Assembly (NCBI RefSeq): GCF_006345805.1
Contig: NC_043019.1
Span: 18,289,360 to 18,353,359, forward strand
DNA: 64,000 bases
Source of the DNA: Octopus sinensis
Lineage: Eukaryota
Direction: 5' to 3'
A model generated the notes under the pieces. It was not told the DNA's origin, did not search any database, and was given only the letters and a program-made list of their open reading frames with translations. Below are positions 50,801-63,700 of this stretch, one piece after another (position 1 is the stretch's first letter; each line of letters begins with the position of its first letter). Made by a program: the position numbers and the translations under genes.

Positions 50801-53800
50801 TATGTTTATATATATATATAAATATAACCACTATGTGGTCGACTCTAGCACTAAAAAGAGATCTGCTAGGTTTCAGCCATAAAGAATTGTTTCCGATGAA
50901 AGTTAGCATGACTACTAGCGCAAACGAACAGGGCAAATAAAAATAACAAAAATGCAGATTATTAATAGCGAAACAATTGTCCTGACTAATCTGCATTTTG
51001 TTATTTTTATTTGCCCTGTTCGTTTGCGCTAGTAGTCGTGCTAACTTTCATCGGAAACAATTCTTTATGGCTGAAACCTAGCGGATCTATTTTTAGTGCT
51101 AGAGTCGACCACATAGTGGTTACTCTCTTATATTTATGTATAAAATTTATCGTAATCCATGTTTTTTATGCACTAAGCCACTTGGTGTTAAATGGATGTA
51201 CTATTAAATTAGTATCCAATTTTCTCATCCTTATTAGTTGATTATATATATATATATATATATATCAAACTAAAATCATTGAACAAGCAAATACAAAGTC
51301 AACCGCATGTCATTTCATAATTCGAACATTTAATTATAGAATAAACATATAATCCGCAAGATGGAACAAAATTCATATGTACAGCACGTAATAATAATAA
51401 TATAATATTAATATGGTATGGTGCAAGAAAAATTCTTGTTAAAACTTAGAATTAATATTCTAGCGATTCAAAGAGAATACATTTATAAGGACGTAGAAAG
51501 TAAAATATAATATAAGTAATATATAAAAATATATAGGTATATAAAAATATAGGCATATAAAAATATAAAACATATATAAATATATATACATATGGGAGCA
51601 TATAAAATATAACATATATATATATATATCGTGTAAATAAAGTAAAATAATGTTCATCGTTTAGAAATCTTAATCGGTAAAATAAGCCTTATATATAAGA
51701 AGGAATCATGTTTACTTATCCCTATGGCCATTTCAGGGGTGTATTATGTTTAAAGCACTAGGGTGCATTTCAATAATACTCCTTTGTCGGGGGAAAAAAC
51801 ATATATATAAACGCAAAGATAGCCATCACGCACCAGGCCCGTACGGTGTTGTTTGCTTTCCCACTTTGGTATTCATGCACGGATAACCCAAAGGACAAAG
51901 CAGTGAAGAATTTTTTTCCTTTTAAAGCAGTAGAGGAAGCGGTAAAAAAAAATAAAAAATTTCAAATCAAATTAATTCCAATGAATTAAAATTGAACTAA
52001 ATTGACTTAAAAGGAGCCTCCGTGGTTTCAAATCCTGCAAAACTTAAATACTTTTATTTTTCAATTTATTTACTTTCTATATACTCAAAAAGAATGGGTT
52101 TCCTTAACTAAATTAAACTGACTTAACTGGGTTAAAATTAAATTAAATTAAATTGAGCCTTCGAGGTTTCAATTCCTGCAATATCTAAACCAGTTATTTT
52201 TATTTTTTTACAACTTATCTTTTCGTAAATCCATTACTTACTACAATTTATTTTATTCCTGTAGATTTTCAGGAATGTAGAAGAAAATTTATGTACGCAA
52301 AAGGGGATAACGTCCGTAAATTTATTCAGAATGTGCGGTCCATAACACCTAAGGATGGTAAGCGATTCCCTTATACATAGCCTACACTTGCTGATGTTTC
52401 TCTTGAAGTTTGGGATTTTAGAAATGATGGACCATTCTAGGAAATAATTCTTATTGTTCTTTCTCAGGTTGTGTATATGCGATGCAAGTGTAGTTGAGTT
52501 AAAGTATTTTTCGTTATTAAAAGAGCTCATGTGTGACCTATATCGCGCCTTAAAATCCATCGTACTACCTATATAAAATTTGTTTAGATTATCTACGTCC
52601 CTAACTACACATTTATATATTACGTTGGTAACCAGACATGAACCATCTAAAGGACATAATTTGGGTTTCCTACAGTTACATGTCTTATCGGGGCCTTTCC
52701 TAATTTTTTTTCCTATTATTATCCTTACTTATTTTATCTCCAGTTCCAGACGGGTTTCGCTCATTCCTTCCCTCTAAACTACCCTTATTACATGGGTTCG
52801 ATGAGTCCAGTAAAGGTAGACCATTTATAGCTTTGGTACTCAGCTTTACAGGATTATCAACCACATTTCCTTGGTCATCCTCAGAGGAACTTTTTCTGTC
52901 GTTCCACCTAGTAAGCTTGCTTCTATTGATTGAAGCAATGATGGAAGCAAAGTTAGGCATTACAGAATAGGAGAATTTTATTGTCGACTTATTGCAGATG
53001 CTATAATATTTGTGGTCCCTTGGGAAGTTTTCCATCAGAATCTTAAAAAATAGTTTTGGTAAATTCCTTACTCTAAGGGAGAAAGGGGGAGCGAACCAAA
53101 TAACTTCCCTTATTCTAGGCCGTGAGCTTCCTGTTTTGTTTAACTTCTTATCAGGATTTTTAATTTCCTTATACCTACCCTTACTGCTGTTATCCCTAAA
53201 CATATTATTCCTAAACATATTATTATTTAAAGGCCTCTTATTATTCCTAGACGTATTATTTTTATTATAATTATTATTCAAAAACCTATTATTATTACAG
53301 TATTTATTATTGTATTTATCTGTAGTAATTGCAACTTGCTCAATTGGCAAACCAGCCATCCTGTTTTTTAGTCTAGTATTAAGGATATAGAATATTTTAG
53401 ACTTGAAACCACTTAAACTTAGGGCATTATTATACACTGGTGCATGTTGCTCAAAAATCTCTTCGTTTAGAGGGAAGGAATGAGCGAAACCCGTCTGGAA
53501 CTGGAGATAAAATAAGTAAGGATAATAATAGGAAAAAAAATTAGGAAAGGCCCCGATAAGACATGTAACTGTAGGAAACCCAAATTATGTCCTTTAGATG
53601 GTTCATGTCTGGTTACCACGTAATATATAAATGTGTAGTTAGGGACGTAGATAATCTAAACAAATTATATAGTAGTACGATGGATTTAAGGCGCGATATA
53701 GGTCACACTGAGCTCTTTTAATAACGAAAAATACTTTAACTCAACTACACTTGCATCGCATATACACAACTGAGAAAGAACAATAAGAATTATTCCTAGA

Positions 53801-54336
53801 ATGGTCCATCATTTCTAAATCCCAAACTTCAAGAGAAACATCAGCAAGTGTAGGCTATGTATAAGGGAATCGCTTACCATCCTTAGGTTTATGGACCGCA
53901 CATTCTGAATAAATTTACGGACGTTATCCCTTTTGCGTACATAAATTTTCTTCTACATCCTGAAAATCTACAGGAATAAAATAAATTGTAGTAAGTAATG
54001 GATTTACGAAAGATAAGTTGTAAAAAATACAGGAATAAATCTACAGATAAAATAAATTGTAGTAAGTAATGGATTTACGAAAGATAAGTTGTAAAAAATA
54101 AAAATAACTGTTTAGATCTTGCAGGAATTGAAACCTCGAAGGCTCAATTTAATTTAATTTAATTTTAACCCAGTTAAGTCAGTTTAATTTAGTTAAGGAA
54201 ACCCATTCTTTTTTTTGAGTATTAGAAAGTAAATAAATTGAAAAATAAAAGTATTTAAGTTTTTCAGGATTTGAAACCACGGAGGCTCCTTTTAAGTCAA
54301 TTTAGTTCATTTTAATTCATTGGAATTAATTTGATT

Positions 54337-54373
<37 letters not shown>

Positions 54374-57300
54374 GTTTCTCTACTCTACTGCTTTAAAAGG
54401 AAAAAAATTCTTCACTGTGCTTTGTCCTTTGGGTTATCCAATCTGAACTTTCACCACGTGAGTTTTTTTGTCAGTGAAATATTGTTGTTGAATTTGTGTT
54501 AAAACCTGTTTAAATTGTCTTGTAAAAAATTGTTTGAACTGTTTGCGGTTTTGAACCAGGAAAACTTGTTTCCCCTCCTCACGGAGGGGACTGCTGTACA
54601 TGAAACACACACACATTCCACGGAAAAATGAACAAAAATACTTGTTCAAAAATGTATAAAAATGATGAGGTAGTAGGTTTGCCTACACCAAAAAATGTGA
54701 AAATTGTTGAAGAAGCTAAAATTGCGGAAGGTGTGACTTCCAATGAAACTGTGAAACAGCAAAAGTGAATGAAGGTTCGCCGGTTAAAAAAGCTGTGAAA
54801 ACGGCTAAAGTCGCGGAAGGGTTGACTTCCAACGAAGCTGAGACAGCAAATGTGTGCGACGCTTAAAACCAAGTGAAAAAAACCAAGATGTTTAACTTCG
54901 CTGCAGCTGCTGGTAGGAAGACAGAGAAATAAGATGGAGGAGGTGGAGTATGAAAAGTTTAAAAAATGTCTAAAAGGAGGGAAATAACGCGATAGCTGCC
55001 TCCCACAAACATTAAAGAGGAACCGAGAAAAGACGATAATTTATAATCCTATGTAATAAAAAAAAGAAATTGAAAGGATAACCAAAGACCAACTGAGAAA
55101 TGCCTTAAACCAGTGTGGAGTGATATGGACTACGTTACGTGGGGAGAAAGTTTGCAACAATAGAGGTGCCCTTCAGAAATGAAGAAACGGCCAAAAAACA
55201 CTCCCTAACACCAATAAAGACGTATAGGGAGGAGAACCACAAAAATCAGAGTGGAGGACGTGCCGCCAGGTCGACGTGAGGTGGTTGCTTCCAGCACTGT
55301 TAATGGGGCTGGAAGAGAGAGAAAATAACAGTGATAAACATCAGAAGAATGATAAAGGAAAAACTGGAGAGGACAAGCATTGCACGTTGGGTGGTGCAAA
55401 GCGACCCCCGCAGAGGCAATGGAGGAAGTTCCAGAAGGAATACAATTCGGGGAAAGAATTAACTTGCGTTTCGGGTGGTGGTGGAGTGCTTCCAGCACTG
55501 TTAATGGGGCTGGAAGAGAAAATAACAGTGATAAACATCAGAAGAATGATAAAGGAAAACTGGAGAGGACAAGCATTGCACGTGGTGGTGCAAGCGACCC
55601 CGGAGGCAATGGAGGAAGTTCCAGAAGGAATACAATTCGGGGAAGAAATTAACTTGCGGGTGGTGGTGGAGGAGCGAAAGCCACGTTGCTACGGATGTGG
55701 CGAGATAGGTCACATCCGTATGGAATGCCCCACCAGCAAGAAAGAGGAAGAAAGAAAAAAGACAGAAGAAGAAGCAGAGAAAAAAACGGAAGAAGAAGAA
55801 GAGAACGACTTCACAACGGTGAGGCGGAAGAAAACGCCAAAGAGAAAGAATGCGGACACAAACCCAACCAACCCTGGCACAATCAAAAAGAAGTCCAACT
55901 CTCAGGGGGGAAACCATCCCCACCCAACCACGCTTCCCCACAAAAAGAGAAGCCCCCACCCAATCCACCCCCCCCCTCAGTGCCGAGCATTACCCCTCCA
56001 TTTCAACCCCCTCCTCGTGTTCCTCCCATCATACTCCCCGGGGTCCTCCCCATCACCCCCACAAAGCCCACAAAAAAGCAGATTTACAGAAGCCCAAATA
56101 GTATATGCGGCAATAGACAAAAATAATGACCGACTTAAAAGTGGAATGGGAAATATCCCAAGCGCAGAAAGGGTGAAAACCCACAGAAATCTACAAAAAA
56201 ATGTAGTAATTTATAAATTGGACTTACGGAACTTTAACATGTTAAATGCACAGTTCGCAGGGGACATAAAGGGTCCGCGACTCGAAGTGGACGAGTCACT
56301 GATTAATGCGGACTTCCCCGCCACGACCACCAAAGGAAAAACGGAATAAAGGTAAGTAATGTCTCATATTCGTGTAGGGTGTTTGAATGTGCGTGGCCTG
56401 ATGCAGAGCTGGAAGCAAGGGCGCTTCCTAAATGACATCAGGTCACGGGATTTAGATGTCGTTGCCACAGAACCCGTTAAAGGGGCCAAGAGATCTGCTC
56501 CCGCTGTTCAACGGTTACGAGAGTGTCATCTCTCCGAACCCGTCGGTCGGCGGAAGCGGGGTGTTGGTCCTGTGTAAAAAGAACCGGGTTTCTGAGAAAA
56601 GTTGATTTTTTACGGATCCGGAAGGTAGGCTGGTCGTCATTGAGTTGACGTTCAGTAGCCGTAAGACAATCAGGCTGGTTGCGGTTTACGCTCCCCCCGG
56701 TAAGGGGAAAAGTGATTATTATCGGAACCTGGAGAAGTTTCTGAGTACATCGTGCCCAGTAGTAATGTTAGGGGCCTCAACACAATCTGCGATGTGCGGG
56801 TAGACTGTGAAGGCTCGCGAACAGACAGAAAAGGAAATACTTGCTTCCTGGATCTACTAAGACGTTTTGAGCTGGTAGATCCATATAGACTGGAACATCC
56901 GGGCGCTCCACTGTGGACGTGGTCAAATAGCGACGGATCGGTAAAGTCGTACATAGACAGGATATTAATTAGGAAGGTAGATAAGAACCTAGTTAAGAGT
57001 CCACAACTCCATATAGTCAGCTACAGTGACCACAAGATGGTCACCTGTAGGCTAGACGTAGATAAGATAACTAGAGGTCCTGGTTACTGGAAACTTAATA
57101 CGTCCCTTTTGGCGATTAAGGAGTACAGGGACAGGATTAGGTTAATAATCCAGAGGGCCATGACCGGCTCCATTTGTAACAACAAATGGTGGTATGCCCT
57201 TAAGCGAGCCATAAAATATGAGTCCGTTAGATATAGTACTAATCTTGTAGCTAGAGAGGCTAGAAAGGTAACTACACTAGTTAAGGACTTAGAGGAAGCA

Positions 57301-60300
57301 ATGCGAACTGGCAATGCAGACCAGGTGAAGGTCAAGAGACTGGTTCTTAACCAGCACCTCGAAGCCAAACACATGGGTTGCATTGTCAGGGCTAGACAAC
57401 GTACGATGGGGAGCGAAGGAATCAAGGCTGCAGGATGGGCCCGAGTGGTGGAAGCCCAACGTGGCAACGATGCTACAATTCGATCTCTGGCGAACCAACA
57501 AGGTAAGTTGACAGACGAGCCCGAGGAGATGTGTCAAGCTTTTCAGGACCACTTCGCCCAGCTTTTCGGGGGAGCGGCGGACCGGATAGGGGGAGGGACC
57601 TTACGGACCTCCTCGACGGGCTGCCGCGCCTCTCGGGGCAGGATGCGAAGTGTAGTGAGGAGCCGATCACACCTGAGGAGGTAATAGAGGCCATGGCGGA
57701 CTGCGGTGCGGGTAAGGCGCCGGGACTGGATGGTCTACCCTACGAGCTTTATAAAAGTATGCCGGACTTGTTCGGGGACTTACTGACGGGCGTCTACGCA
57801 AACTGGCAGCAGAATGGGTTTATCCCCAGATCTGTGCGCCGGGGAGTGGTGACGCTAGTCAGGAAGGACCAGAGCAAGGGGGACGTAATAGATAATTTCA
57901 GGCCCATCACTCTGCTTAACGCAGAGTTGAAGATTTTGGCCAAAGTGTTATCGAACAGATTGGCGCGTGTCGCGAATGGACTGATTGGGAAAGCGCAAAC
58001 GTGCGCCGTACCGGGCAGAGCCATTCAGGATAATCTCCATCTTATTAGATACACGATAGAGGGAATAAATAACGATCCCGGCAAGGGAGGGGCAGTGGTC
58101 CATTTAGACCAGTCTAAAGCGTTCGATAGGGTCGACCATCACTACCTGGTGTCCGTTCTGGCTCAGTTCGGCCTAGGTCTTGGCTTCCTCAGGTGGATCA
58201 TCGAAATGTATGACAACGCCGACTCGGTAGTTCAGGTGAACGGCTTTCTTTCTAAGCTTTCAAGGTCAACGCCGTTCGCCAGGGATGTCGCTCTCCCCTT
58301 CTCTTTTTGTATGTAGTGGCCTTGGAGCCGCTGCTGCGAAGACTGAGCGGCATCCCGAGGCAACCAGGACGTGATATGTCGGTTTCGGCGTACGCGGATG
58401 ACATCACTATCATCGTGACTGAAGTGGACCACCTACGTAAAGTAGGCAAAGCCATAGAGGTTTACGAGACGGTGACAGGAGCAAAAGTTAATCGTGAAAA
58501 GTCGGTCGGCTTGCAACTCGGCACCTGGAGAGGCAAGTCGATGCCTCCAGACAGCGTCGTGGGACGTTGGACGGAGGGCCCGATTAAGTTGCTCGGGGTT
58601 TGGTTCGGTCCGGACCTCCAAATAGAGAAGAACTGGAGCGAGGTATCGAGCAAGGTGGCTGCAATAGTCAAGATTTGGTCTTGGCGGTGGTTATCCTTGA
58701 AAGGTAGGGCGGAGGTGGCCAATGTGTTTATAGCATCGGTGATCACCTACCGCCTTGCCGTCGTGCCTTGCCCGGATTCGTGGTTGACAAGTTGGAGAGA
58801 CAGCTCTTTCGCTTCTTGTGGAAGGGCTCGAAACCGCTTGTGAGACGCTCTGTCTGCTGTCAAAAACCGTTACAGGGTGGACTAGGGATGCCGTGGCTAA
58901 TGATGCGCAGAAATGCGCTGAGGCTAAGGCACCTGTGGCTCCATCTGGTAGTGAACGGGTGTGGTCTCCGCTGGCGAAACAGATGTTCCCCAGGTTCACC
59001 AGTTTCGGTGGCCGGGAGGACTGGTATAATCGCAGATCGAAGTTGGGTACGTGGTATACGGAGTGTCGCAAGGCACTCCGACTATTCCGTCGCTCGGTAA
59101 TGCCTGCGGCAGTGGTTCTACCGCTGTGTTTTATAGAGGGTTTGTAGAGGCCGGTAACGATGATACGCTAGGGGAAACCCTAGGTTTCGACGATAATCAG
59201 CTGGCCAGTCTGTTCCAACGTACATTCGGGCCGAAGACACTGGATAATTTCCAGAAGTCTTTGGCTTGGCAGTGCTACCGAGGAGCCTTACCTGTTCGGG
59301 ACAAGCTTGCAAGGCACGGTTGCCAAGTCAGCCCGACCTGTACGAGATGTGGGCGAGAACGGGAAACCGTCTCGCACGCGCGATCGTGCAGTGTTCGGGG
59401 GTGAAAGATATGTGGGATTGTGCCGAACAACTAATGTCAGGCGAACGAAGAGTACAGCTATCAGCCGAATCTATTGTAAAAATTAGCCCACCTGATTTCT
59501 TAACGAAAGAAGGTAAGTTTTGTTTTCTCGCCGTGGTTTCAACTGCGAAACAGGTAGTATGGAAGACAAGGATGAAAGGGTTGATAACAGGCGACTTCAT
59601 CTCTGGTTCAAGTCTGGTGGAATATTTTAAATTCCACCTGAAAAGACATATAGAACTGGAGAGAAGGAGCCTGAGTAAGAAAGTGTTTGATGAAAGATGG
59701 AAAAATGTGGAGAGTAAAAGATCCCTCACAAATGTGAGATAGGAAGAAAAAGGAAGGCTAAGTGTCGTGGCGGGGAGCATGGGGTCGCGAACCCGCCTCA
59801 CTGCATCTTGTAATTTTGTTAATTGTGTCTATTGTGTAACCATTCGATTTATTATTCATTTCCGATTTTTAACCGACCCCAAATGTTCATAATTATTTTT
59901 TTTCATCATTCGTGATTGTATGTGTTCTCTATGTCGCCCCTACTGGGTAATAAAGAAATGTGTCCTTTGGTTATCCGTGCATGAATACCAAAGTGGGAAA
60001 GCAAACAACACCGTACGGGCCTGGTGCGTGATGGCTATCTTTGCGTTTATATATATGTTTTTCCCCTGACAAGGAGGTATTATTGAAATGCACCCCTAGT
60101 GCTTTAAACATAATCACCCCTGAAATGGCCATAGGGATAAGTAAACATGATTTCCTTCTTATATATAAGGCTTATTTTACCGATTAAGATTTCTAAACGA
60201 TGAACATTATTTTACTTTATTTACACGATATATATATATATGTTATATTTTTATATGCTCCCATATGTATATTATTTATATATGTTTTATATATTTTTAT

Positions 60301-60672
60301 ATGCCTATATTTTTATATACCTATATATTTTATATATTACTTATATTATATTTTACTTTCTACGTCCTTATAAATGTATTCTCTTTGAATCGCTAGAATA
60401 TTAATTCTAAGTTTTAACAAGAATTTTTTGCTTGCACCATACCATATTAATATTATATTATTATTATTACATGCTGTACATATGAATTTTGTTCCATCTT
60501 GCGGATTATATGTTTATTTCTATAATTAAATGTTCGAATTATGAAATGACATGCGGTTGACTTTGTATTTGCTGTTCAATGATTTTAGTTTGATATTTTT
60601 GTCTCTTCCATAATAGCACTTCTATTGCAGTCCTATTAAATCTTTTTGTTCCTGACAAGAAACAATTATTGT

Positions 60673-60717
<45 letters not shown>

Positions 60718-63700
60718 TAGATAGATATGTGTGTATATATGTATAATGCACATCTGTGTGTGTATGTAATGTCTGTATACATGTGCATGCATACACAAAC
60801 ACACACATATATACAGGGGCGTTTGATTATAAACATGCATGTATAGAGACATATGTATATATTTATATATGTGTGTGTGTGTGTGCATGGGTGTCTAAAT
60901 ATGTTTTCCTTGTATGGTTGTGGTTTTGGGGTACAAAGAACATACCTATTATCCCTTTATGGTCTTTATGGGTTATCAAAGCAATACTCCTTTGCTGTTG
61001 AAAAATACTCAACATTTGAAATAAAAACTCAACGTTTCTCTTGATCAATTTCTTCTTCTCTTCTTAGTCCATCAGTCCAGGTTTAGTGGACACAGAATTT
61101 GCCTCTCGTCTATTTCCAGACAGAAAAGAAGTTCCAAAGAGAGATTTTAAGGTGTGTTTTCTTTTCTTATGTCTACCGATTATAGGTGTAGAAGTATTTG
61201 AAGGACAATTCATGTCTATAATCTATCAATGCATTTTATAGAGATTGGATGGCTGAACTAGTCGGTTATTCCAATTGAGCTAAATGATCATAGATCAGGA
61301 GTTTGGATTAAGAAAAGAATGATACAAGGGTAACATTTACAGTTAAAGACTGGAAAATAGAATTGGATAAAAGCACTTCAATAGGCTGTGAGGTTGGGGT
61401 ATTTGCTTTTCATCAAGAGGTCTCAGGTTCAGACCTACTACGAGGTACTTTGGGCCAGTGCATTTTACTAATAGGCTCCTGATCAACCAAAACCTTGTGA
61501 ATGGATTTGATAGTTGGAAAATGAAAGAAGCCTATTATGTGTACATGTAGCCTTGTCCTAACGTTGCATCAGGTCATAGAAGCAATGTTGTTTGTTTGAA
61601 GTCTTCTGTGGATAAACGTGTCCAGCCACGGGGAAGTATTATCTTACTTGCAAACAGGTGACAATTGCTCTTAGGAATGGCATCCAACAATAGGAAACCA
61701 GCCTCAAACTAATTTCGTCTGACCCTTGCAGACATTGAAAAGTGGATGTTAAATCATGATGACGATGACAGCAATGGATTGTCAGAGTTCATAGAACTTT
61801 GAACAAAATAATTCATAGCATTTGCTTATGTCCTCCTTTTATATTCTGTGTTCAAATCTTGTCCAACCAGAATTTGCTGTCAGTAAAATAAGTCCCAGTA
61901 AAGACTGAAGTCTGTATATTGGTTCTACACTTCAAGTGTGTGCCCCAGCACGGGCTGTAAAAGAAGAAAATAATCTTTAAATTTATATAAGAAATTATTA
62001 TAGTTATAAGGGCTTTTCTTAATTCTGTGTCTGTATTAGCCATGATTTCCTGGTCTCAAGTTCATGTCCTTATCGAGGTGGTCTTATCAGAAGTTATAGC
62101 CATTGTTTAAGTTAAATGATGCGTAACAAAGACCTTGATTCATTATACTACTACTACTACTACTACTACTAGATAATAATAATAATAATAATAATAATGA
62201 TGATAATGATAATAATAACTGGTACTTATTTCATCGACCCCAAAAGGATGAAAGGCAAAGCCAACACTGGTGGAATTTGAACTGACAACATAAACATGGA
62301 CGAAATACCACTAAGCATTTTGTCCAGGCAGCTAACAATTCTGCCAGCTGACCGCCTGATGATAATAAATATAATAATAATAATAACAACAATGATGATG
62401 GTTTCAACTTTTGCCATTAAGGCAGCAATTTTAGGAGTCGATTAGATTGACCCATATTTATGTTCTCTAGCACACACAGATATTGGTAATGACACTGGAC
62501 GCAGAAAAGTTTGGTAAAATTTACCTTCCCAATGAGAACACAAGTGTTTCCATGTTTTAAAGAATTCTCTTCTTACAAAAGACGTTTTTTTTTTCTGGCA
62601 CAAGTTTAGTCTCTCCAAGTAAATATTTCATCTACCAAAGCCTTCACTACTCTCCAAATAACTCTTTAAATATGTTTAGTCATAAAAGTGTTCGGATTGA
62701 TCTGTGGTTTGAATTTCTCATTCATTTTTCAGATTCTTGAATCTGGTGATGTAGCTGATGCAGTCCTGTTTGCACTTCAGGTACCCAAACACTGTGAGGT
62801 GGGTGTCCTTTGATCTCTTTTAATAACCCCTACTTTGTTGAGATTGCAACAAAGATATATTTGTTGTGGGTTGAGGGGAGGAGCAGAGTGTTGCAATGAA
62901 CGAGAGGGAAAATGTTTACAGCAAGTGAAGCAGTTGCACAGTTTGTGTGAGATGTGCAATGGCAGCAGTTGTTGAATTGTGTAACTGGAGTGGAATAAGT
63001 TCATGCAGCCATTGGTCTTGGTTGGGCTGTGATGGCTGTCACCATCTTGGTCCCTAGCTGATGCTCGCTGGCTTCAGCCGTATCACGACGACTCTCAATT
63101 TAGCAGATAAACAAACTATAGCTAATGTCTGTCTGTCAAAGAAAATGAACAAAAGGCAACATTGTTAATGACAATCTGTTTCTTCTTCAAGAATTTGAGT
63201 GGTCATTTGTTTGCTGACATGACCATGTTTGTGTTATTTTTGATCTGAACAGTAATTCAGGTTCAATTCCAATTCCTAGGCAGTGAGTTGGTGCCTATGC
63301 ACTTTACCAAATATTCTTGCTCTTAGATTATTGAGTAATCTGATAATACAAATTCTATATCATCTACTTCATATAGCGCCTAGATGTTGGGAAAGTACCA
63401 TCTACAATAAACTGAGGCTGACCAATGCTTTCCTCATCATTATCATTTAATGTCCATGTTCGATGCTGGCAAGTGTTGGCTGCTTTGGCTGGACCAGATG
63501 AGTTGGAGGACTGCATCATTCTCAATTGTCTACTTTGGAATGGTTTCTACAGCTGGATGCCCTTCCTAACACCAATCAATTTACAATGTTCTGACTGCTT
63601 TTTTCTGCTGGGCACTGTAAAATGTGCAAGACTAAAAAGACCCTGCAACTGTGTAAGAATATAATAGAAAGAGATGTGTCTTTATGCTAGGTGTTGAGAA

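Larger units (their letters stand above)
54440..59960 (+). mobile_element. Full-length L1-clade (Tx1-like) non-LTR retrotransposon
   Basis: TSD tgtcctttgggttatcc (54423-54439) / tgtcctttggttatcc (59961-59976); AATAAA at 59949; ORF1 with a CCHC knuckle; ORF2 with APE, RT and a C-terminal zinc finger, split by frameshifts. Confidence 0.93.
51262..60596 (-). mobile_element. Naiad-like Penelope element with a ~1.5-kb inverted copy of its 3' end, interrupted by a Tx1 LINE
   Basis: Minus-strand ORF pieces 52700-53437 (YNNALSLSGF..VIWFAPPFS..FPRDHKYYSICNKSTIKFSYSVMPN) and 52234 to about 52710 (KTCNCRKPKLCPLDGSCLVTNVIYKCVV..FYIGSTMDFKARYRSH..CRLCIRE). Left arm 51262-52779 is the reverse complement of 53465-54439 plus 59977-60596; spacer 52780-53464. 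Confidence 0.9.

Noticed and set aside
53465-53505. Possible hammerhead (gc-gaaac-cc-gtc) at the start of the inverted arm
   Set aside because: No CUGANGA core upstream, and the sequence lies within the coding frame.
59977-60040. SECIS-like ATGA..AAA..GA arrangement in the Naiad-like 3' UTR (some Naiads encode selenoproteins)
   Set aside because: Helix II pairing is poor, and the visible Cys codons of the GIY-YIG region are TGT/TGC with no in-frame TGA.
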